Virus record (IMG/VR): IMGVR_UViG_2657245112_000002
Coordinates: 1 to 5,961 of that record
DNA length: 5,961 nt
Source of the DNA: a virus
Lineage: Duplodnaviria; Heunggongvirae; Uroviricota; Caudoviricetes
Direction: 5' to 3' (one strand)
The notes under the pieces were generated by a model. That model was not told where the DNA came from and did no database searches. It saw nothing but the letters and a program-made list of their open reading frames with translations. Shown here piece by piece: positions 1 through 5,384 of the stretch. The stretch's first letter is position 1. Every line of letters starts with the position of its first letter. A program made the position numbers and the translations under genes.

Positions 1-8
1 CTCAACAA

Positions 9-156
9 TGAATTTTGTGATGCGGTGCCTGGTGCCTCCAGGTGACGTTAACCAGTTAACAATTAACGCCGGATACAGAGAATCCACCCATAACACTGTT
101 TTTGGTTTTAACTGTTCCGCGTGCGCTGAGCCGCATTCACCGCATCACAAAATTCA
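9..156. repeat. 19-bp perfect inverted repeat pair (9-27 and 138-156) flanking a 110-bp spacer with nested palindromes
   Basis: tgaattttgtgatgcggtg at 9-27 is the exact reverse complement of caccgcatcacaaaattca at 138-156. The spacer holds palindrome cctgg-tgcct-ccagg (28-42) and GTTAAC-ca-GTTAAC-aa-TTAAC (47-65). Function unknown. Confidence 0.8.
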
Positions 157-558
157 CTTTTAAAAAAGGGCGGCAGAGCAGTCACGGAGTAAAACTGATA
201 CCGCCAAATGTCACCAGAATATTGATAACAGAGGGCGTTGTAGCGGGGTTGTCACTTAAGCGTATGGTCAACCTGACAACCCGGTGTCCTCAACTGGGGA
301 AGGAATAACCCCGCCATACTTACCGCCGCGCCATTTCGCGGAGTGCCACAACCGGAAGCGCACGTTCGAAGAAATCTAACGACAAGCCTTCTAAGGGAAA
401 GAGCTTCGCCGTACGCTTTCGCGTTATGCCCTGACTTTTCAGGGAAATATCCTTTCAGTAAACTGTCAGTACCGGATTCTTATCCGTGTCCGGCGCACGA
501 CCACACGTGACAGCGTGTTGGTCTCCATTTTTAACCCAGAACCTCAATGGAGGATAAA

Positions 559-768
559 ATGCCAAACAAAAAAAGAAATCCGCTTATTGAAAAACAGATT
601 GAATGCCTGGTAAATCAACTCAGGCAATCAGGGTTATTAAAAACTCATTCAGAGTTGAGGCTCACAGAATCAGCATTCGACGATAAATTAAATAATGTCC
701 TTTATAATGGCATTATTGATTTTAATCGTTCTGTTGGTCGCCGCGGCCCTGCTGGTGTTTCCTTATAA
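559..768 (+). CDS. hypothetical small protein, 69 aa (73 aa if the ATG at 547 is used)
   Basis: ORF-track frame 547..768. GGAGGA at 549-554 lies 4 nt upstream of ATG 559; stop TAA 766-768. AT-rich like the neighbouring 216-aa gene. No motif recognised by eye. Confidence 0.4.
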   Translation: MPNKKRNPLIEKQIECLVNQLRQSGLLKTHSELRLTESAFDDKLNNVLYNGIIDFNRSVGRRGPAGVSL

Positions 769-1419
769 TTACCAGTCAATCCAGAGTGGACCGTGTTCAG
801 CGTAAATATAACTGTACACATCCAGATTATATTTGTGGTCTGTTAAGAACAGGCCGCAAATACATGCCGAAGCTTCCAGTGCAGCGGCTCTGTTACTGAA
901 TAACCATGTAGCAACATTCCAGCGTTTTTCTGCATCCCAGTCTTTCTCAAGGCCTGATACCATGAAGAAACCGTTAGTGTTGCCATCAAATAATTCTGTT
1001 TCCAAATTTTTAAGCAATGCCTGATGGACTCTTGCCAGGTATTCCGCCGGAATTTCGCCACGAATTCTGATGAGATTGTCATAAACAAACATGTTCCCCG
1101 CATATGGCGATTTTTCTTTCTTGTTTTTTAAACCAGCATCATGAGCAAACTGATCAATTTCTTCTTCCGTTGGTTTCGTATTGATGTTTTGCGCTGTCGT
1201 TTCTGCAATTTTATTTGCCACACTCTCTGAGTCGTGTTTATTTATAGACGCACAGAAATACAATCCGGTAAACGCATCGCGCACATTACGAGCCATATTA
1301 TCAGTGTCTTTTTTCGTTACCGATTCCAATTCAAGTTCGTTCAGACGATGACGAAGTGTGTGTGCTGCAATCTCCTGGATTGAAGGAGGTAAATCTTTAA
1401 ATTCCATCGTCAACCTCAT
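769..1419 (-). CDS. hypothetical protein, 216 aa (212 aa from ATG 1407); unknown function, candidate prophage cargo/defence protein
   Basis: Longest ORF on the minus strand here. ATG 1419..1417 overlaps the TAA of the upstream small gene (TAATG); alternative ATG 1407..1405 is preceded by GAGG with a 6-nt spacer. Sampled stretches are about 35-40% GC versus about 60% in a sampled stretch of the DnaC-like gene. Hydrophilic; no catalytic motif recognised by eye. Confidence 0.75.
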   Translation of the reverse strand: MRLTMEFKDLPPSIQEIAAHTLRHRLNELELESVTKKDTDNMARNVRDAFTGLYFCASINKHDSESVANKIAETTAQNINTKPTEEEIDQFAHDAGLKNKKEKSPYAGNMFVYDNLIRIRGEIPAEYLARVHQALLKNLETELFDGNTNGFFMVSGLEKDWDAEKRWNVATWLFSNRAAALEASACICGLFLTDHKYNLDVYSYIYAEHGPLWIDW

Positions 1420-1571
1420 TAGTCGGAGTTTCTTGCTAACCAGCGATGCGCGCCAGCTTCGGTTTTAAACGATTTGCTTTTGGTATACGTCATGGCGGTG
1501 AATGTGCCGTCCTGATTGGGAAACACGCCACATACCAGAGATTCGTTGTTGCCAAGATCGATAGTATCCAT
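1419..1571 (-). CDS. small prophage protein, 50 aa, YdaF/DUF1391-like (family assignment from memory)
   Basis: Below the ORF-track size cutoff; found by manual translation: MDTIDLGNNESLVCGVFPNQDGTFTAMTYTKSKSFKTEAGAHRWLARNSD. ATG 1571..1569 is preceded by GAGG with a 5-nt spacer; stop TAA 1421..1419. Resembles the ~51-aa small proteins found near the repressor in E. coli Rac-like prophages. Confidence 0.55.
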   Translation of the reverse strand: MDTIDLGNNESLVCGVFPNQDGTFTAMTYTKSKSFKTEAGAHRWLARNSD

Positions 1572-1756
1572 GTTGACCTCATTTACCCTTAACGCCGGGT
1601 CGCGGAACTAAAAACCTGCTGCGCTGTTATACAAAGTGTTCCCGCCGTCATGTTCATACGCCTCGGGCTGGCTACTTAACCCCTGACCACTGCCGGGTAA
1701 CTCGAAGTATTGCCCTGCGTTCTGTTGAATGGGGTGGGTTGGTGAAACAAGGATGC

Positions 1757-1794
1757 ACTTTTAAAGTTATTATGTCAACACTTATAAAGTTAGG
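1757..1794. promoter_or_regulatory. putative left operator/promoter: two operator-like palindromes flanking a perfect TTGACA on the minus strand
   Basis: ACTTTtAAAGT at 1758-1768 is identical to the 11-mer at 2822-2832 in the repressor/cro intergenic region. A one-mismatch copy ACTTAtAAAGT lies at 1782-1792. Minus-strand TTGACA at 1778..1773 sits between them; the matching -10 is weak (CATCCT). Confidence 0.4.
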
Positions 1795-1802
1795 TTGTGA
1801 GC

Positions 1803-1829
1803 AACAAAAACCGCCTCGAGATGAGACGG
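1803..1829 (-). terminator. intrinsic terminator downstream of the ParE-like toxin gene
   Basis: Minus-strand RNA CCGUCUC-AUCUC-GAGGCGG forms a 7-bp stem (one G-U pair) with a 5-nt loop, followed by UUUUUGUUG. The hairpin begins 13 nt after the toxin stop codon. Confidence 0.5.
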
Positions 1830-1842
1830 CCCTGTGAAAGGG

Positions 1843-2130
1843 TTAGTTCTGCTTGGGGAATTGGCGTCTGGCGTGTACTACACTCACGATCTCAATGCTT
1901 AAAGTGGCTACACGGTAAAGAATTATATAGTTAGGGTGAGCTACAATCTCACGCAAGCCAGGTACTCTGTCGCTTGGTGGGTATAAATACGGGTGTTCGG
2001 ATAACGGCAGCACACACCCCCTTAATCGCTGCCATAAGCGTTCTGCCGCATCTATGTCGAAACGAGCAATATAACTAGTTATATCATCTAGGTCGGTATC
2101 TGCGCTTTCAAGCCATAACACGGGTAACAT
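1843..2130 (-). CDS. parE2: ParE/RelE-superfamily type II toxin, 95 aa (ParE2-like)
   Basis: Sequence pattern typical of ParE toxins (…DLDDITSYIA…LREIVAHPNYIILYRV…IEIVSVVHARR). Start ATG 2130 lies 3 nt after the antitoxin stop, with GGAG inside the antitoxin 3' end. Symbol assigned from locus architecture, not exact sequence recall. Confidence 0.85.
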   Translation of the reverse strand: MLPVLWLESADTDLDDITSYIARFDIDAAERLWQRLRGCVLPLSEHPYLYPPSDRVPGLREIVAHPNYIILYRVATLSIEIVSVVHARRQFPKQN

Positions 2131-2133
2131 TTA

Positions 2134-2322
2134 CTACTTACTCCGTTCCTTGCGCATTTTAGCAAAGCGTTCTGCCATTCTGCGCTCAACCTCGTCATGG
2201 GGAATTGCTGGGCGCGGATTTGCAAGGCTCGCTGCTACTTTCGCACGCAGCCATTCGTTGTAACTGTTTTCTTGTTCAATGGTTTCGAACTCAGAAACCA
2301 TTGGTGAAAGGGCCGTATTCAT
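2134..2322 (-). CDS. paaA2: small antitoxin, 62 aa (PaaA2-like partner of ParE)
   Basis: The ORF track extends this frame to 2385, overlapping the repressor. The internal ATG at 2322..2320 is preferred: GGAGG lies 7 nt upstream and the repressor stop is at 2352-2354. Small, charged, immediately upstream of the toxin. Confidence 0.7.
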   Translation of the reverse strand: MNTALSPMVSEFETIEQENSYNEWLRAKVAASLANPRPAIPHDEVERRMAERFAKMRKERSK

Positions 2323-2351
2323 GGCACACCTCCGTCTGTGTATGGTGGTCA

Positions 2352-2759
2352 TTATGCTCGATGCCCTTTCCGGGCAGCGAGCCATCTTTCAATTGTGCGC
2401 TCCATTAACTCTTTTTTGTCTTTCATCTCCTGAAGCATTTGTCCCTGTTCTTCCTCTGGGAATGCACCAAATGTCTGAAGTAGCTCTCTTTGCTTCGGAC
2501 CTATTTTCATTGTGTCAGGTACCACAATCTGTTCGTCCTCACTTGGTGGCAACATAAACCAATATGGAGGGAATCCTGTTACTTCAGAAAGTTTATCAAG
2601 ATTAGCCATTGATGGGCTTGTGATGCCATGAACCCACTTTTGGACCGATTGTTGGGCAACACCTATTCTGCGGGCTAGTTCTGCTTGCTTAAGCCCTGTT
2701 TTTTCCAGCACCAGTTTTATCCGGTACGTGGTTATTTCAAGAGTGGTCATTCGCTTCAT
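2352..2759 (-). CDS. paaR2: XRE-family HTH transcriptional repressor, 135 aa (CI-like prophage repressor and TA regulator, PaaR2-like); no S24 peptidase domain
   Basis: N-terminal HTH signature (…LKQAELARRIGVAQQSVQKWVHGITSPSMANLDKLSEVTG…). The ~60-aa helical C-terminal tail is too short for a LexA-type autocleavage domain. Divergent from the Cro-like gene, first gene of the repressor-antitoxin-toxin operon. Confidence 0.8.
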   Translation of the reverse strand: MKRMTTLEITTYRIKLVLEKTGLKQAELARRIGVAQQSVQKWVHGITSPSMANLDKLSEVTGFPPYWFMLPPSEDEQIVVPDTMKIGPKQRELLQTFGAFPEEEQGQMLQEMKDKKELMERTIERWLAARKGHRA

Positions 2760-2866
2760 GCATTCATTTTACACAAAAAAAGTGTAGCCAGCACAATCAG
2801 CTTGAAAGTGTTGATAGTGTAACTTTTAAAGTGTATAAGTGGTGTCGATTGATTGGAGTTAGCGAT
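2760..2866. promoter_or_regulatory. divergent promoter/operator region between repressor and Cro-like gene (right operator equivalent)
   Basis: Rightward promoter candidate TTGATA (2811-2816), 17-nt spacer, TATAAG (2834-2839), then GGAG 2855-2858 and ATG 2867. Palindrome ACTTTtAAAGT (2822-2832) lies in the spacer; AAGTG-type half-sites recur at 2806-2810, 2829-2833 and 2838-2842. Leftward candidate: -10 TAAAAT (minus, plus coordinates 2771..2766) only 6 nt before the repressor ATG. Confidence 0.5.
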
Positions 2867-3145
2867 ATGCATAAATGTTTAAAAAATAAAATTCGCCAAA
2901 TAGGGTTATCCCAAGCGGGTGTTGCTCGCTTGATTGGGTTGCCACAGCAGGTTGTATGTCGATGGGTTAATGGGCAACAGGTCCCTGCATCAAGGGTTTT
3001 ACAACTATGTGAGATTATGGCGTGGACTGTCACCCCCCACGAGCTCCGACCAGATATTTACCCTAACCCAACCGATGGCCTGCCTTGTGGACGTAAGAGT
3101 ACAGCGAATGAATTACTGGCGGTGAACAATGAAAATCACACCTGA
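2867..3145 (+). CDS. ydaS: Cro/YdaS-like HTH DNA-binding protein, 92 aa
   Basis: ORF-track frame 2831..3145 starts at GTG. ATG 2867 is preferred because GGAG at 2855-2858 precedes it. HTH signature (…IGLSQAGVARLIGLPQQVVCRWVNGQQVPASR…). Divergent from the repressor. Symbol by position and family, not exact recall. Confidence 0.7.
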   Translation: MHKCLKNKIRQIGLSQAGVARLIGLPQQVVCRWVNGQQVPASRVLQLCEIMAWTVTPHELRPDIYPNPTDGLPCGRKSTANELLAVNNENHT

Positions 3146-3650
3146 ACAGGTTTGCGAGGCTCTGGATGCCTGGGTATGCAGACCAGGAATGACGCAGGAG
3201 CAGGCGACGATATTAATTACTGAAGCCTTCTGGGCTCTACAGGAACGCCCGAACATCGATGTTCAGCGTGTCACGCTTGATGATGGCGGGGTTGATCAGC
3301 GTGCGCTTGGCGTTAACCGGGTGAAGATATTCGAACGCTGGAAGGCTATCGACACCAGGGATAAGCGTGAAAAATTCACGGCGCTGATTCCGGCAATTAT
3401 GGAGGCTATCCGGATTAGTGATTTCAGGTTGTACCGCGAAATTACTGACGGAAAAAGCATTACGTACATGATTGCCGGGTTAAACAAAGAATATGGCGAT
3501 GTGGTGGAGTCCGGGCTGCTTTTTGCAGATCCAGCTGTTGTGGAACGTGAGACAGACGAGCTTATAGAAAAAGCAATCGCTTTCAAGCGTGCCTATCGTC
3601 ACCAGTACCAACAAAAAGCCGGATGGAATTATGAGCCTTCTTTTTGCTGA
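3129..3650 (+). CDS. ydaT: YdaT-like protein, 173 aa (proposed CII functional analogue)
   Basis: Overlaps the Cro-like gene 3' end by 17 nt. Occupies the cII position between the Cro-like and O-like genes, as in Rac/CP-933P-type prophages. Assignment is by position and size, not exact sequence recall. Confidence 0.6.
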   Translation: MKITPEQVCEALDAWVCRPGMTQEQATILITEAFWALQERPNIDVQRVTLDDGGVDQRALGVNRVKIFERWKAIDTRDKREKFTALIPAIMEAIRISDFRLYREITDGKSITYMIAGLNKEYGDVVESGLLFADPAVVERETDELIEKAIAFKRAYRHQYQQKAGWNYEPSFC

Positions 3651-4608
3651 ACGCCCGCTGGTTATAAACACACAGCTGGCGATGAAGATTGGTTTAAACG
3701 AAGCCATTGTGTTGCAGCAACTGCATTACTGGTTGAGGGATACCAGTTCCGGCATGGAATGTGATGGCGTTCGCTGGATTTACAACACAACGGAACAATG
3801 GCTGGAACAGTTTCCGTTCTGGTCAGAGTCAACGTTAAAGCGTGCGTTTGCAAGTCTGAAAGCGCTGGGGCTTTTGCGTAGCGAAAAGCTCAATAAATCG
3901 AAGCGTGATATGACTAATTTTTACACAATTAACTACGATAGCGCGCTTTTAGATGATGGCAAAGTGAACGAATCCATCGGGTCAAAATGCGCCACTCCAT
4001 CAGGTCAAAATGACACGATGGAAGAGGTCAAAATGAAACGTTCCATTGGTTCAAAACGGCCCAATGTCATCAGGTCAAAATGGCCCGATGATCCTACAGA
4101 GAATACAACAGAGAATACAACAGAGAATACAACAGAGAATAAAAAACTCTCTTGTCCGGACGCTTCGCAACCGGACGAGTTGACGGCTGAACAGGCGTTT
4201 TTAACCCGCCATCCTGATGCTGTTGTGTTCAGCGTGAAAAAACGCCAGTGGGGAACCCGGGAGGATTTGACATGTGCGCAGTGGATCTGGGGGCGGGTTG
4301 TAAACCTGTACGAACAGGCTGCCAGCGACGATGGAGAGATCACGCGACCGAAAGAGCCCAACTGGACGGCGTGGGCCAATGACGTGCGCACAATGCGGAT
4401 GCTGGATGGAAGAAGTCACAGACAAATTTGCGAAATGTTCAGCCGGGCACAACGGGATCCGTTCTGGATAAAAAACATCAAGAGCCCGGAAAAACTCCGT
4501 GAGAAATGGGATGAACTGGTTATTCGACTGTGGCGTGGTCCCGCGCAGCGTTGCGTGAATCATATTTCTGAACCGGATACCGAAATTCCGCCGGGTTTCA
4601 GGGGGTAG
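3631..4608 (+). CDS. replication initiator, lambda O-like architecture, 325 aa from ATG 3631 (339 aa from GTG 3589)
   Basis: Lies immediately upstream of the DnaC-like loader. Contains tandem DNA repeats in its central linker (…TENTTENTTENTTEN…), as oriLambda lies inside gene O. Start ATG 3631 overlaps the YdaT-like gene end by 20 nt. Stop TAG 4606-4608. Confidence 0.8.
   Translation: MSLLFAERPLVINTQLAMKIGLNEAIVLQQLHYWLRDTSSGMECDGVRWIYNTTEQWLEQFPFWSESTLKRAFASLKALGLLRSEKLNKSKRDMTNFYTINYDSALLDDGKVNESIGSKCATPSGQNDTMEEVKMKRSIGSKRPNVIRSKWPDDPTENTTENTTENTTENKKLSCPDASQPDELTAEQAFLTRHPDAVVFSVKKRQWGTREDLTCAQWIWGRVVNLYEQAASDDGEITRPKEPNWTAWANDVRTMRMLDGRSHRQICEMFSRAQRDPFWIKNIKSPEKLREKWDELVIRLWRGPAQRCVNHISEPDTEIPPGFRG
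3978..4093. repeat. five direct iterons, 23-24 bp period, core GGTCAAAATG (putative origin initiator-binding sites)
   Basis: Core at 3980-3989, 4003-4012, 4026-4035 and 4073-4082, with degenerate copy GGTTCAAAACG at 4048-4058. Units also share CCAT/TCAT at their 3' ends. Confidence 0.6.
4096..4143. repeat. four tandem 12-bp repeats ACAGAGAATACA (three perfect, fourth ACAGAGAATAAA), A-rich; putative unwinding element
   Basis: Directly visible perfect tandem repeat. It encodes the TENT repeats of the O-like protein and is followed by aaaaaa. Confidence 0.9.
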
Positions 4609-4614
4609 CGCATC

Positions 4615-5355
4615 ATGAAAAACATTACGTCAGGTGGTGTTCTGGCAAGAGTCAGCAGATTTGTGCCGCAGGATGCAATCCCTCCGTACCGTACGGTGAC
4701 GGAGTGGCGGGAATGGCAGCTTGCTGAAGGGCGTAAGCGAAGCGAGGAGGTTAATCGTCTGAATCATCAGACGCGGGTTGAAAAAATCATTAACCGCTCC
4801 GGTATCCAGCCGCTTCACCGGAAGTGTACGTTCGGTAACTACCGGGTGCAGAACGATGGTCAGCGCCATGCCCTGAGTCAGGCGAAATCCATTGCGGCAG
4901 AGCTGGAAGGCGGCTGTACGAATTTTGTGTTCAGTGGCCGGCCTGGCACAGGAAAAAACCACCTGGCGGCGGCTATTGGCAACCACCTTCTGGCGAAAGG
5001 TCGCAGTGTGATTGTGATAACAGTGGCGGATGTGATGCTGGCGTTACATGGCAGCTACGACAACAAAAACTCGGGCGAAAAATTTTTGCAGGGATTGTGT
5101 GGCGTTGACCTGCTGGTACTGGATGAAATTGGCATGCAACGGGATACGCGTAATGAGCAGGTCACGCTGAATCAGATTGTTGACCGCAGAACGGCATCGT
5201 TACTCAGTGTGGGGATGCTGACAAATCTTAACCATGCAGCGATGAATACACTTCTCGGCGAGCGGGTGATGGACCGCATGTCCATGAACGGTGGTCGCTG
5301 GGTGACGTTTAACTGGGAGAGCTGGCGTCCGAACGTCAGCCAGCACAGGAACTGA
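4615..5355 (+). CDS. DnaC-like replicative helicase loader (AAA+ ATPase), 246 aa
   Basis: Walker [18 protein letters not shown] and Walker B LLVLDEIG. Collinear similarity to E. coli DnaC as recalled (…NRSGI.PLH..C.F.NYRV…GMLTN.N…[10 protein letters not shown]…). GGGGG at 4601-4605 precedes ATG 4615 and overlaps the O-like stop. Confidence 0.9.
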   Translation: MKNITSGGVLARVSRFVPQDAIPPYRTVTEWREWQLAEGRKRSEEVNRLNHQTRVEKIINRSGIQPLHRKCTFGNYRVQNDGQRHALSQAKSIAAELEGGCTNFVFSGRPGTGKNHLAAAIGNHLLAKGRSVIVITVADVMLALHGSYDNKNSGEKFLQGLCGVDLLVLDEIGMQRDTRNEQVTLNQIVDRRTASLLSVGMLTNLNHAAMNTLLGERVMDRMSMNGGRWVTFNWESWRPNVSQHRN

Positions 5356-5384
5356 GAAGTAATTTTTATCCGGAGGAAGTTTTA

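Noticed and set aside
9-156. ERIC/REP-type enterobacterial intergenic repeat
   Set aside because: Size is similar to ERIC, but the terminal repeats do not resemble the ERIC core as I recall it; not assignable without a search.
8-160. 50-aa ATG-initiated ORF spanning exactly between the two arms of the 19-bp inverted repeat
   Set aside because: No ribosome-binding site is visible in the 7 nt available, and the composition looks non-protein-like. It could be the tail of a gene entering from the left, which cannot be decided from this window.
155-168. Partial operator-like sequence CACTTTTAAAaaag
   Set aside because: Only the left half-site and centre match the ACTTTtAAAGT palindrome; the right arm is missing, so likely coincidental.
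102-308. 68-aa ORF on the plus strand
   Set aside because: Starts at TTG with no Shine-Dalgarno sequence and lies in the structured non-coding region; most likely a chance open frame.
355-380. tRNA-like GTTCGAA motif (364-370)
   Set aside because: No complementary T-stem around it (the position after the loop is A, not C) and no acceptor or anticodon arms could be built.
833-1103. ORFs 833..1024 (+) and 843..1103 (-) inside the 216-aa gene
   Set aside because: Alternative-frame or antisense frames fully contained in a longer, better-supported ORF.
1589-1657. 22-aa minus-strand mini-ORF (MNMTAGTLCITAQQVFSSATRR) in the leader upstream of the YdaF-like gene
   Set aside because: Very short, GAGG only 3 nt from the ATG, no conservation evidence; possibly a leader peptide but not supportable from sequence alone.
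2134-2385. 83-aa extended version of the antitoxin ORF
   Set aside because: The upstream start would overlap the repressor 3' end by 34 nt and has no ribosome-binding site; the internal ATG at 2322 has a GGAGG 7 nt upstream.
2205-2557. Plus-strand ORFs 2205..2408 and 2279..2557 antisense to the antitoxin and repressor
   Set aside because: Antisense to better-supported genes, no ribosome-binding sites, no recognisable features.
2797-3125. ORFs 2797..3033 (-) and 2934..3125 (+) overlapping the Cro-like gene
   Set aside because: One is antisense and the other an alternative frame of the Cro-like gene; the minus-strand one would also run across the operator region.
3296-3853. Minus-strand ORFs 3296..3586, 3480..3707 and 3662..3853
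   Set aside because: Antisense to the YdaT-like and O-like genes; low-complexity translations.
3978-4143. Possible CRISPR array suggested by regularly spaced repeats
   Set aside because: Conserved cores are only 10-12 bp at a 23-24 bp period, lie inside a continuous ORF, and the second block is a perfect tandem repeat with no spacers; this fits origin iterons, not CRISPR.
4005-4563. Minus-strand ORFs 4005..4391 and 4201..4563 inside the O-like gene
   Set aside because: Antisense frames; the FSVVFSVVFSVVFS tract is simply the 12-bp tandem repeat read on the other strand.
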